Source of the DNA: Lobosporangium transversale
Taxonomy: Eukaryota
NCBI RefSeq assembly: GCF_002105155.1
Contig: NW_019028999.1
Location: forward strand, 124,001 to 188,000
DNA: 64,000 nt
Direction of reading: 5' to 3'
How positions within the stretch are numbered: the first letter of the stretch is position 1; each line of letters opens with the position of its first letter. This document shows positions 13,373-26,217 of this stretch, piece by piece. The translations under genes and the position numbers were made by a program. The notes beneath the pieces are model-generated. The model searched no databases, had not been told where the DNA came from, and worked only from the letters and a program-made list of their open reading frames with translations.

Positions 13373-14134
13373 ATGTCGTCCTCTCCTTCTTCCTCCCCTA
13401 CACTCCCAACCAATACCTTGATCATCACCGATCTTGAGAACCATCACTTTGAACAGTCCTTCCTCGACAACCTCCGCGCACAGACCGAGCTCTTTGGCAA
13501 AGTCTGCTTCTTCTCCCCCATCAAATCCTTCCACCGTGTCTTTGTTGTCTATCACTCGGTCTTTGACGCCCAAAGAGCAAAGGCCCTGTTGCACAACACC
13601 CGTTTCAAGGACATCACCCTCCGCGTCTACTTTGGTCAACACACCGAATTGACCATCGATCCCGAGAAGTACTACCTTCACCTGCCCGACCTGGCCAAGG
13701 CCCACGCCGACAAGGGTGCCAGACACCTCTCCCCTCCCGGATCCCCCCCAGTCGGATATGTGGATGAGGAAGAGATGCAAACCATTGACGAGTTCTCGCT
13801 CGAACAACACATTACCGCAGCCTTCTCATCCTCTTCTTCAAACACATCCACATCCACCTCCACATCCACATCCACAGAAGCACAGATCTCTGTTGCTCCT
13901 GCAGTCTCCATCGCTGCTGCACCAGCATCTTCTTCTGATGCCACAGAGAACGGTAAAGTCCCTTTGCAGATCAACAAGCTCCGTATCGACACTCTCCTGA
14001 CTCCATTCTCCCAAGCCTCTGCTTGCTCTCCCCGGTCTCCTTTGACCCCAACGCGTCTGGCCTTCTCCCCTGCCAAGGGTTCTCAAGGCGAACAGCCCTT
14101 CATCACTATCCAGGACTGGGGTGTCTGTGCCTGA
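13373..14134 (+). CDS. RCN1: Calcipressin / regulator of calcineurin (RCAN family)
   Basis: N-terminal RRM-like region (TNTLIIT, PIKSFHRVFVVY, LRVYFG), YLHLP (LxxP), HLSPPGSPPVG (SPP motif) and C-terminal PFITIQ (PxIxIT-like). Intronless. Confidence 0.9.
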   Translation: MSSSPSSSPTLPTNTLIITDLENHHFEQSFLDNLRAQTELFGKVCFFSPIKSFHRVFVVYHSVFDAQRAKALLHNTRFKDITLRVYFGQHTELTIDPEKYYLHLPDLAKAHADKGARHLSPPGSPPVGYVDEEEMQTIDEFSLEQHITAAFSSSSSNTSTSTSTSTSTEAQISVAPAVSIAAAPASSSDATENGKVPLQINKLRIDTLLTPFSQASACSPRSPLTPTRLAFSPAKGSQGEQPFITIQDWGVCA

Positions 14135-14374
14135 ATGCCTGAAATATGAAATATGACACAGCCCAGAGATTGTCAACCCAAGCCTTTTACTCTTGCCCTT
14201 TGTCCTTTCTTTGTCGGCTTTTTATATCCCTCTAATTCCCTTCTCTTCATATACACTCATTGGTTTGATTTGATTTGATTTGCTTTTTTTATTTTTTTTT
14301 TATATCAATCTTGTACTATAGACACCAATAAACTACTAAAGCATTACTTTCTATCCGATATCATAAACCGATCA

Positions 14375-14407
<33 letters not shown>

Positions 14408-14601
14408 AAATCAGTTAGAGGTAAATCATCTTTTATTCAAAAACTCTCCATGTCTCCATACTAAAATGTGGTTATAAGGGCAGATACATAAATATGCCTT
14501 TAAAACTTTACAGTTAAAGCGGATAACAGGATAAGCTTAATTGAGGTGGAGAAAGAAGGGCAAAAAAAAAAATAAAAATAAAAAAAAAAAAGTGCTTGTT
14601 T

Positions 14602-15259
14602 CTACAGCTCATCCTTATCCTTGCCTTCAGCAGATGATTTGCCGATGAAAAGAGAAATGATGTTGTGGCGGATTATAAAGTCATCAAGACGGTTACGATT
14701 GACAGACTTGTTCTTGATAATCTTGTACAGACGAGCTGCCTCAGTCTCTGCGTAGTTGGCAGTCGCCAATGCCTTCTCAAAGAACCGGCTGTAATACTTT
14801 GCGCTCAAGTCCTTCTTGTCTCCCGTAGCACCCAATTTCTCGGCCAGCTTGATGGCCTGCTCACTGATCTTCTTCTTCTCCTTGCTGGCTGCCTTCACGA
14901 ATTTCTCTACAAGCTCATCCAACGAGCCAATCCGACCAGCCTCAGGTCTCAAAAGTCCACCAGCCGCACGTTGAGTGCCAGTCTTTTGGTTGATGAAATC
15001 AACAAAGTCCTGCTCGCTACGACCACCAGTGTAGTCCTCAACAGTTCCATCCGCAGCAAAGAATTTGATCGTTGGGTAACCCTTCACCCCGTACTTTTCA
15101 GCAACAGCAGTCTCCACTGTCGCATCCACATTGGCAATCACAACAGTCTGTTTTCAATAATAATAATGACAACAACAACAACAACAAAAAAAATTTTAGT
15201 CTCTGATCGATTGTACTCGTTCTACATTTAGTGTAATCCCCTTTTAGTTCTCGCAGAAA

Positions 15260-15290
<31 letters not shown>

Positions 15291-15349
15291 TTACGTCTTT
15301 ATCGTTGAGGAAATCCTGAGCGACCTTTTCATAGGTAGGAGCTATCAAC

Positions 15350-15380
<31 letters not shown>

Positions 15381-15871
15381 GTTATTATGAACAACGCTCG
15401 AGATTTCAAGATTGTGACGATCGAAACATCCAAGGAAGGGGGCATCTTGATATCCAAATAGCTCATAAAGCTAATGAATACTAGTTCATTCATTCATTCT
15501 TACCCAAGTTCTTGCAATGTCCGCACCAAGGTGCATAAAATTCAACCAGTGTGTTTCTCTTGCTCTGCAAAACCTCCTTATCAAACGTAGCATCAGTGAG
15601 AACAGTGACAGCAGGAACGGCCTTGACAATCGATGACTTGACACCCGTCTTCTGGGTGACGAACGAAGCCAACGCATCCAAGTCACGTCCACCCTTGTAA
15701 TCCTCTGGATCGCCTTCCACACCCTTGGGGAACCACTTGATCGTAGGGAAACCTTTGATATCATAGCGAGATCCAAGCTCGCGGTGAGCATCTGCATCCA
15801 CCTTGGCAATCAGCACTTTATCTTGCTTGTCACTGAATGCCTGTCCAAGTTCCTCATATGTCTATGGCATA

Positions 15872-15902
<31 letters not shown>

Positions 15903-16245
15903 AAAGGACGACTTGTGAATCATCTAACCTTTTCCTTTCCTTCTTATTATATAAAAAGTGATGTATTGTATCTACTATTAGATAATGCAGATATCAGAAC
16001 GGATCAAGGACTATGCACTTACAGGAGCAAGGGCCTAAAGCAAATAAGTAAATGGAAGAGTGACACGTATGCGATAAATTAGCGTTAGAAATCTTTCTAG
16101 CCTGTTGAAATTAATAATCAGATAATTCTGATACACACGTAAAATGAGCTGTCATACCTTGCAGTGGCCACACCAGGGAGCATAGAATTCAACAAGAGCA
16201 GGCTTGGAGCCAATGGTCTAGATGCAGATGTAAGAACAAAAAAAA

Positions 16246-16277
<32 letters not shown>

Positions 16278-16464
16278 CGCGCTTCAGGATCTTTGGACCA
16301 GACGGTTGTGTTATGTGTATAGGCTCAAACCAAATGAAAATATAAAGGTGGTTTACCTTATCAAAGTCTGAGGGTGTAAGTGCAAGCACACTGTCGGCAG
16401 TAACAGTGGCAATGAAGGACATCATAGTGGCAATAACGCCAAAGAGGATCTTCTTTCCCAACAT
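14602..16464 (-). CDS. Protein disulfide isomerase, ERp38/TigA (P5-like) type
   Basis: Signal peptide, two FYAPWCGHCK thioredoxin sites, an ERp29-like helical C-terminal domain and C-terminal KDEL. Multi-exon, including a 12-nt microexon at 16034-16023. Confidence 0.95.
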
Positions 16465-16688
16465 TTTTTTTTTTTTTTCAAGTCTGAAGGAAATGAAATG
16501 GAAATGGAAACAGGAGAAAAAAAAAAAAAAAAAAAAAAAGAATGATGAGAGAATTCAACAAACTAATTCCCTTATTATATACCATTATTAAACAGTGTAT
16601 GACAAGATTTATGGCGGCTTTGTTTTATGGAAAAATTAATGTCATGAGTTTCTCCATTCAGCACTTTTGACAACATACATTGTCTACA

Positions 16689-17194
16689 ATGTGGCATAAA
16701 GGGAAGGGAAAGAGGCACTATCGCCCTTCTCCGGGCACCCCTGAAAATAATAGCAGCAACCAAACTGGCAGCAATAATGACAATATTAACAATAGTAATA
16801 AAAACAGTAGCAGCAGCAGCAGCAGCAGCGGCAATAATGCAGAAAGAAGTCGACCTCATTCAAAGCATGGGGTCATGAGCAGTGATCTGTCCATGAATTC
16901 TAGTAGTGCAAAGAAACGAGCAAGGAAAAACAACGATTATGGCAAATATCATCGCCAACAACTGTATCATAGTCAGGCTAATAGTAATCATAACAACCAT
17001 AACAACCATAACAACAGTGAGCAGACATCTTCAACAGCGCCTGCATCTGAATCAACGGCGGCTGTCAGAGAAATCCCAGGATTTTACTATGACCCTGAAA
17101 AGAAAAAGTACTTCAAGATCACAGCAAACCATGTTTTTGGTAGCCAACATCCATTTAGTCAGCAAAGCATCAAAGAGAAGACAATACAAAAAGT

Positions 17195-17228
<34 letters not shown>

Positions 17229-17657
17229 TGTCACTGCTGCACTATCTTTATCGTATTGAAGTAAATATATTAATATTTATCCTCAACTTTTTCTAGCCAG
17301 TACTTGATCCAATTCGAAAGCCAATATTTAAGAGGTTCCAGTCATCAGCCTCAATCTTTTATCAATATGGTCGTCTTGACCGGTTCTTGTGCGATCGTGA
17401 ACTGGGAAAAGCAGGCAATCCGCGGAGACAACTTTGGTAACATCTTTAAAAATGAAAATGTTTCTTTCGAACCAGCTCTCTCGCCATTGGAGCTATACTT
17501 TTTTCTTTTACTTTACTCATACTCGACATTTCTTCTTATATCGTTCAGTGAAGTGCACTCTATATTAGCAAGACAGTGGCGAAAGGAACATCAGGCGATA
17601 TGGACCCCTGTACCGGACGTGAGATACACGCAATTACAAGTAAATATCTATTCGGGA

Positions 17658-17698
<41 letters not shown>

Positions 17699-18904
17699 TA
17701 AAAGTTCTATCAAGCAGAGGGGATCAAATCAATTTCAACTTTATTGATGATGAAGTTACTTCGTTCTTTCATCATATTCTTTTAAGCTGGATGAGACGCG
17801 CCAGGACCTGTACTTGGGTACATCTCAAGGGCAGCTTTGGCGATACTCTATCGAGACATCGCGAATACTTAATAACCCTCAATGGGAGATGATTAGCCCC
17901 GGTGATTCGTCCGAACTGACGTCTTTCCATTTAACTCCGGATGACTATATAGTGTAAGGAAGCTCAATCATTGTCTTCACTCACAATACCACAATACTAT
18001 GTGATCATTACTCATGTCGGAAGAGCTTATTAGGTCTATGTTAACTAACCAGTCCTTTCAATCTAGGACGACACATTTGGGATACATGGAGCGATCGGGG
18101 ACATTAAAAATCTACAAGATATCTCGAAACAATAACAATGACGGCGACGTTAGCGACACATGGCGCTCCCTGAATTTTGCTGCGGGATTCACCCCTCGGA
18201 AATCCAACGTTCGAGCTAGTGATGTAGCCGGCAACAAGATAGTCATCAGCTTGGATCAACAAATCTATCATTTGGAGGGAGGGTGGAAAGCAGAAGCAAG
18301 GCCGATGGTCGGACATTATCTTTGGACGGGTAGCGATGTATTTTCTATTGTAATTGATCCACCAGAGAGACGGAATCTTGTATATGCAGGGTGCAGGAAT
18401 GGGGCTGTCCGGGTCTTCGATTTGAACCGGCCTGGACTTTTTTCCTCTGCTAAGGAGGCTAACAAAGTGAAGCGAACTGTGTCGTTATGGACAGGGATTG
18501 GACATGAGGATTCGTCGGTTCATTCGATGAAGCGCCTTTCAGACTACCAACTGGTCACAGCTGCCATGAACGGAGAGATGTTTATGTGGGACACTCGTTT
18601 TATTACAGGTTCAAAAGTAAAAGAGAGAGCAAGAGCAGACACGTTTGCCAAACCGATGTTTGAGTTTCGTGGCCCGATAGTCAATCATTTCTCAAAGACA
18701 CCGATTGATCTCAATAAGGAAGGAACGCTTTTGGCTTCAGGGAATATCAATGGTCAGTTGTCTCTATGGTCGACAAGTACAGGCGAAAGGGTACGGGACC
18801 TCGATGTTGGCGGGCAGGTTGAAAGTCTAAAGTTTTCGACGAAGCAGCCAGGAATCTGGACGGCTGTTGGTGATCAGTTACAGCATTGGAGTTTAAACAC
18901 ATGA
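16689..18904 (+). CDS. DCAF4/WDR21-like WD40 protein (putative CUL4-DDB1 substrate receptor)
   Basis: EIPGFYYDPEKKKYFKI is the DCAF4-family N-terminal motif. WD40 repeats follow (GCRNGAVRVFDL, MFMWDTR, GQLSLWS). Several GT-AG introns. Confidence 0.82.
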
Positions 18905-19701
18905 TCTTGTAACGATGTGGCTTTTTTTTTTTTTTTTTTTTTTTTCCAAAATAAAAGAACGATAGAAGCGACAAAATGCTTTTTTTTTTTTTCTTCATGC
19001 CTCGACTACCGAGTAAGGATAATATAGACCCCTTGTGGAATATCAAGGAGTGAAATTTCAACCTAATATTTGGAAAGGGCGCTACGAGCTGAATCCGACC
19101 AAAGCACTGTTGACTACTGTTTCCTTGTTGAATGCTCTCGCCGCTTGACAATGGTCTAATCTGGGATGTGTTGATTTCTTCATTTCTTTTTTTTTTTTTT
19201 AAAAAAAAAAGAGAGGAACGACCTGAATGGACAATTTATTGTCGGGTTCAAACTGTTTCTTGAGGATTGAAGCACTCTGAATGATGAGAGGCCACAGGCA
19301 CAGAGAGTTGGAGGAGATGGTGGACCGGTGAGGTTGTTCGGCCAGTCCTTTATTATATCATATATATATATATATACCTTTATTACTTTATTATCATATA
19401 TATACACTATTACTTTATTATAATTATTATTATCATTCTCTGGAAGGAGAAAATGTAATAATAAAAAGATGAGTGCGTATGTGCATGTGTGTTGAATGTG
19501 TTGAATGAATCGACCTTCTTGATCTGTTTGAATTCTCAACAGTGATGAAACCTTTTTTTTTTTTTTTTTTTTCTTGCAAGGGCATTCTTTGACATGACAT
19601 GTCAATATGATATATGCTTTGAGCCATGTGATCTTCCTCAGGTCATCAGGTATCAAGGTTTTTGGAATAAGGAACCATACACCATAACCACAACCACACC
19701 A

Positions 19702-19732
<31 letters not shown>

Positions 19733-19783
19733 CTTGATATTTCACATTAATGCATCTCTTAATTTTAAAATGTTGAAACTAGT

Positions 19784-19823
<40 letters not shown>

Positions 19824-20438
19824 CATGTTGTTTAGTTCTGTGAATTCATGATGAAGCAAATAGTGAAGTGGTCGCTGTCAAACTGTCAATGATGACACGA
19901 AGATACGATAGATGACCTCAAAGAAAAAAAAAAATAGTAAATAAAACAGCATAGAATAAAACATACCTGTACTTGCCATGACTCTGGTGCACTTTACAGC
20001 ATAATCTTTCAGTAATGAAGTGTTGTTCCTTGGGTAGTAAGAAGAGTTGAAAAGAAAGAAGGGTGAACATTTTTACATGTCTTTTTGACAAAGAGCAAAA
20101 AAGCAAAAGAAGAAAAAAAAAAAGCAGAAAAATCATCGCAGTGAATAAACAAATGGAATCACTGGGTGGCTGTGTGGTGTTTGAGTGCACATTAATTGTT
20201 GAGTATAAATTTCGGTGGGTGAGTGCATGGTTGCTTTTTTCTTTTCCTCTCTTTCTTTCCTTTCTCTCTTTCTCTCATTGACAACTCCACCACCACTGAT
20301 TCATTACATCCATCTCTTTCTCTTCTTTTTTCTTTCTTTTCTTCTTCTTTCTCCTCCTCTCTTTTTTTTTTTTTTTTTTTTCTTCTTTCTTTCTTTCTCT
20401 CTCACTTTATTTTCGTCAACACATTCTCTCCGAGCATC

Positions 20439-20521
20439 ATGGAAGACAACAACGCTCAGAACATGCCCATCAACTGCGCCAATGGTTGTGGTTTTTATGG
20501 GTAAGCATCATTTGGAAGAAG

Positions 20522-20553
<32 letters not shown>

Positions 20554-20936
20554 TATTGTTTTCATGAACACACAGACTCTCTCCTTTTTCTTCCTTCTTC
20601 CCCTACCCCTCCTCCCCCCGCCTTCCCCCAAATCCTCAACGCAAACAATACTGCAAAGCAGGCTCTCCCCTATTCTTTTCCTATCCTCTCTGATAAGAGA
20701 ATGGGTGGTGCCCTGTCGTGTGGCTCCTAAATCATTTTATACACGCGCTTACTCGTGTGGTCAATCTCCCCGTTGTTTTGCCTATCCTACCCCCTTGGAC
20801 ACTTGTCTCCCTTTTTTTTTTTTTTTTTTTTTTACTTTTTTGTTTTTGCTGGCCATGACATGACATGTTGGTTAATTGCTTGCAAATGCATGCTCATGTA
20901 GCTTGAAGGAATTCCCTTCATTGCGAGCATCAAACC

Positions 20937-20968
<32 letters not shown>

Positions 20969-21978
20969 TTCAACTGCGGTAGAGCTTTGGAAAATATCTT
21001 TGCCACATTTTCACTTTCTCGCATTGTCTTTGGTTCTTCCTTTTCGGATTTTTCTCTCTCCGTCAGAGCTCTCTGCTCTGCATATATTCGCTTCATCGCA
21101 ACCACAGATTACAAGATGTTATGGACTTGGTTATTGTTACTCTGACTTGAGCCAACAGAAAGTCAAAAAAAAGAAAAAAAAAAAAAAAAAAAAAGGCGCT
21201 TGCGCGTTCTGACTTATTGTGATAAGTCATGTTTCTGATGGAGACCGGTTGGTCACATTTCCAGAGATAGTCTATTCCTATGTCAACGCAAGAAGGAAAA
21301 TGCCTGGAGCAATCCTTTTTTTTTTTATTTTTTTTTTTTTATTGCTCTCATTCACTCACAATCAAACTAACTGATACATGATTTTGTTCTCGTTGTGAAC
21401 ACGAATAGAAACCCCATCAATAACAACCTGTGCTCAAAGTGTTTCAAGGAACTGAGCCAGAAGAATGGAGCACTTCAGGTCGACAATAACAACACTGCCA
21501 CCGCAGCATCATCCTCTACAGTCCTTTCAGAGAAACCTACCCAATCTTCTACACCCACTGTAGCTGCAACGCCAGCACCGACTAGTGCAACAACACCCAC
21601 ATCTACAACCCCCGTCGCTTCATCTGGTCCTGCTACTCCCTTGCCCTCAACACCCACACCTGAGATTGCTCGGATCTCAACACCCACTCCCGAAAGTGGG
21701 GCAAGCACACCAACGTCTATTGCCTCTGAAACAATGGAGGGGCTTGCACCAGGCGAACGCCCTCCTCAGGTCAACAAGGGTCGGTGCTATCTTTGTCGTG
21801 CAAAGGTACAATCATTATCCACATTGTGATCGTGGCGATTTTTAAAAGAGAAAGAAGAGAGAAAACCCAGAGAGGCAGAGAGTAAACCACACTTTTGGAC
21901 GAATGGCCTTGGTTTTAGAGGATAGAGCCACACATGCATGTTTGTGTATCTCACAAACTTGGCTGGACCAATCTAACG

Positions 21979-22014
<36 letters not shown>

Positions 22015-22403
22015 CCCTTCCTTCAATAATTTGCTCCGCATCGTCTTTTTTAGATCCCTCTTGCTAAACAGGCCATCAATAAATGTCGATGTGGTAAGTA
22101 TTCGATTTCCAGAACAGAGGATAAAAATTATGTGGAGAGTTGTAACACATTGATCAAATGATATTATTTCCATGCATGCCCTGTCTTTCTTTGTACTCAT
22201 GGGGTCAGGTCCTAACTCGATGATTGGTACATCTTGAAAAATTGTTCATAGAATTCGTTTTCTGCGATACACACAAGGCCTCCACGAAACATGATTGTGA
22301 CTTTGACTTTGCAAAGATGGGCAAGGATCAACTTAGTCGAGCAAACCCCAAGTTGAACGATAAACCCAAAGGTGGAAGGAGCTTCACTCGTATCCAGGAT
22401 TAA
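20439..22403 (+). CDS. A20/AN1 zinc-finger protein (ZFAND5/6, SAP-like)
   Basis: A20 finger CANGCGFYG/NPINNNLCSKC split by intron 20501-21408. Ser/Thr/Pro linker. AN1 finger RCYLCRAK...KCRC/EFVFCDTH...HDCDFDF. TAA at 22401-22403. Confidence 0.92.
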
Positions 22404-23113
22404 GATAGCCTCTTTGACAGTGTCACAGCATATTTCGCAGACGATAATGATAGTAAAAAGCACAAAAAAAAAAAAAAAAAAAAAAAAAACACGGAGCCAC
22501 AACCAAGTGAACCAGTGTCGGAACAGTTATAGCAAACAGCATGTCGGTTTCCAATTTGCCGATCGTACCCTTTTTATTCTTTTTTTTCCCCCCCTCCTTA
22601 TTATCTATCCTACCGATTACTTTAGTTTTGTAGGAAATCATGTTTCTGTATTCTGATTTACATCTTTGCCATCGAGCGTCGTCTTTGTTCCTTTTGGTTT
22701 GGTGAGTGTGTCCTTTTGTTGTCAACGATAATAGCCATGCTATTGTGATAGTACCGAGGATAACTATCAAGACATGGGTAAAAATGGAATCTTGTTGAGC
22801 ATTATGAGTAGTCATTGTTTATGGCGAGATTGTTCATTGATGATGTGCATTATTTTTATAATTGCGTTGTGTGTTGTGGTGGGTGAATGATGTGGAAAAA
22901 AAAAAAAAAAAAAAAAAAAAACGTGCTTGTTCCTAGTCCAAGCATCTGTTCGAGTGCACGGGATCTGAAAGAAAAATGCAAGCGGTTTTTTTTTTTTTTT
23001 TTTTTTTTTTTCCCTTCATCTTCTTCCCCCCCAACGCACCCTTTGCTGTTTCTTTCTCCTCTTTCTTTTTCCTATCGCTACGACATTCGCATATTCATTG
23101 GACATTAGACACG

Positions 23114-24451
23114 ATGGAGAATATTCAAGCAAAAGGTAAAGGATAATAAAATATTTGGAGTACGTGTTCAGCATAGGTTTTATTGTTCAAATGAATCTCA
23201 TTCATCTGAAACAAAAAGAATCTTTTAAATTATGAGCATCCTTATTCATCTCTGAATTGAGATGATGCAAAAAAAAAAAAAGCAAGTGCTTTTTTATTAT
23301 TATTATTATTACTCTCATTATTCCTTATTCTTATCTCAATTGCGCTGTACTTGCATTGTACTTGAGAGTTTTTCATTCATGAATTGGCGCGTACTCTTCG
23401 GCTCGTGTATATATATATATATATTTATATTTTTGTTAACATCTATACTGTTTTCTTTTTCTCACATGCTATCTCTTCCTCTTATCTCTCTTTTTAATTT
23501 TTTTATTTTTTTATTGTGAATTGGTTGTGTTCCATATAGTTCGTTACTACCAAGCCAACTTGGACAAAGAGCTTAGTAAATATCCACAGCTGAACCAGTT
23601 CCAGGCAGCGACTGGAGTGCCCAAGACGTATCTTGTGGTCGGTGCAGGTTCATTGGTGGCAGTGTTGATCTTCTTCAACTTTGCAGGAAAATTGCTCTCG
23701 AACTTGTTGGGATGGGTTTATCCTGCATACAGGTCATTCAAAGCATTGGAGACTCCCATGGTCGATGATGATAAGCAATGGTATGCATAAAAAAAAGAAA
23801 GTATACATATACTTGGCAAACGGTGACGCTTTAAGAAAAAAAAAAAAAAGCTAACTTCAATTGTATTTTTTGCTTGGAATAGGTTGACGTATTGGTAAGC
23901 AGAATATACCGCCATCCGGGAATTGAATTGAATGCGACAAACTTTATATATAATATATATATCTATAATGATGCTTTGGATAATATGCTTACTGCGGACT
24001 GAACCGTACACTCATTTTTTTTTTTTTTTCCTGTTTCTGTCTCTCGTTTTGTTGTATGTTTAGGACTGTGTATGGCTTTGTCTCGATCTTGGAGTCCTTC
24101 ACTGATATCTTGTTGTACTGGTTCCCATTCTACTTCTTCATCAAGACAGTGTTCCTTTTGTGGCTCATGCTTCCTACCTTCAATGTAAAGTTTTTTTTTT
24201 TTTTTTTTTTTTTTAGTTTAGTTTTTAATTGTCGTTGCTGTTGAGAGAGACGAAATCTTGTTGAAACTCAATGTTCCGAAATTGCTTTATATCTTTTATT
24301 TTAGGGCGCTGCCACTATCTACGTCAGAGTCTTGCGTCCTTTTTTGATTCAGCACCGTGGAAACATTGATGGTACACTCAGAAACGTCAAGTCCAAGGTC
24401 TCTGCTGTTGCCGCAGAGCTTGATGGTAGCACTTCTGGCGCTGCTCAATAA
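23114..24451 (+). CDS. YOP1: YOP1/REEP5 (TB2/DP1/HVA22) ER-shaping protein
   Basis: GWVYPAYRSFKALETPMVDDDKQW/LTYW/TVYGF and YWFPFYFFIKTVFLLWL match the TB2_DP1_HVA22 family. Includes a 12-nt microexon at 23883-23894. Confidence 0.93.
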
Positions 24452-24845
24452 GTGAAAGAAAAAAAAAACTCTTCCTTTCTTCTTCTTCCTTCCTCCTTCC
24501 TCCTTCCTCCTTCCTTTTTTTTTTTATTTATTTTTCATGTACAATCTGGATCCTTATTAAAAGTCATTCCGATTGTATTTATTGCTAGGCTGGATGATTA
24601 AAAATAAATTAAATAAACAAATGCATGTTTGAACGTTCTGAAGGGTTCAACGTGATATTTAAAACGACACAGAATAGAATTCAGCCACTGAAATGTCATG
24701 AATCAAGCTTTCGTCTTGCCCACATGTCATGTGTAGACAGAGTGGTTTGGGCATAGTATGAAACGTGGCCTCTGCTCGTTTCTCTTTTTTGTTTAAAACC
24801 GTCTGTGCATGAAAAAGGTTGTGGAGCATTGGTGGCCACCCTTTT

Positions 24846-24878
<33 letters not shown>

Positions 24879-25138
24879 CCCAGGAACCCCCAGAGTTTCT
24901 GGGACGTGGGGATAGGGTTGTCGGTTCAGTACTCTTTTAGGAAAGCTTGTTCTCTTTCTTACCCTTGGAATGTTTCATATTGAACGTGTTTTATCCATCG
25001 ATTAGAACATGTAATATGATATATACTAAATAGATGGCGTGCTAGAGGAGTAAAGGGTTTTTTTTTTTTTTTTTTTTTTGCAGGGGTCATTGTGGCGTAG
25101 CATCGTGTGAAATGTTCCCATCAGCGGAAGTTGTCTCA

Positions 25139-25170
<32 letters not shown>

Positions 25171-25382
25171 GTCGACACGACATGGTTTCTATTCACTATA
25201 AATGCTTTCTTTCCTTTTCTTTTTCTTTTCTTTTCTTTTCTTTCTCTTTCCTTTCTTATTTTTCCTTTACTCCCGTTCCTCTTGCCATAAAATCTTTTAA
25301 ACTTTTTACATACCTTCAAAAGTCCAATCGTTTCATCAACATCTGTAAAATAAAATAAAAAAAAAAAAAAAAAGATAACAAG

Positions 25383-25715
25383 ATGGTTCAAGAACCTCAG
25401 GTAATCAAGTCCAAGGATGGCAAGATTGTTTACCCAACAGTGCGCCGAGAAGATGTGAAGGAGACAACACATGGCATCGAGGTCGCGGACCCTTACCGCT
25501 GGCTGGAAGACCCTGATTCCAAGGAAACTGAGGCCTTTGTGGAGGCCCAGGCTGCGCTCGCCAAGGAGTTCATGAACAAGTTTGAGGATAAGGACAAGTT
25601 CAATAAGAGGTAAGTGACATCTGAATGAATGTTTTTTTTTTGAATGCGGAAAGGCCTTTTGCTCCCTTTCCACTTCGCCCTCCTTTCCCCCTTGAACAGG
25701 TCATTTGACTGTGCC

Positions 25716-25750
<35 letters not shown>

Positions 25751-26184
25751 CCTTTTCCTCCCTCTCTTTTTTTTTTCTATGATACGTTACCAGGTTGACA
25801 GAGTTATTCAATTATGAACGTTTCTCGACTCCTTACAAGCGTGGCGATTACTATTACTATTACCACAATTCTGGATTGCAGGCACAGAGCGTGTTGTTCC
25901 AGCAAGACACTTTGGATGGAGAGGCACGCGTGTTTTTGGATCCCAATCTGTTGGAGGCCGATGGCACGGCCGCATTGGGGGCCCAAGCGTTCTCAGAGTC
26001 TGGTCGATACTTTGGATATGGTGTCTGTAAGTCAGGATCGGATTGGACGACTATCCATGTGATGGATAACCAGGGAAACCAATTGGAAGACAAAGTCGAG
26101 TGGGCCAAATTCACAAGGATTGCATTTACACATGACGACAAAGGATTCTTTTATTCTGTAAGTTGTTCAAGAAAAGACTTTTTT

Positions 26185-26217
<33 letters not shown>

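Noticed and set aside
19846..19920. Two ATGATGA box C-like motifs suggesting a C/D snoRNA
   Set aside because: No properly placed CTGA box D and no recognisable rRNA antisense element.
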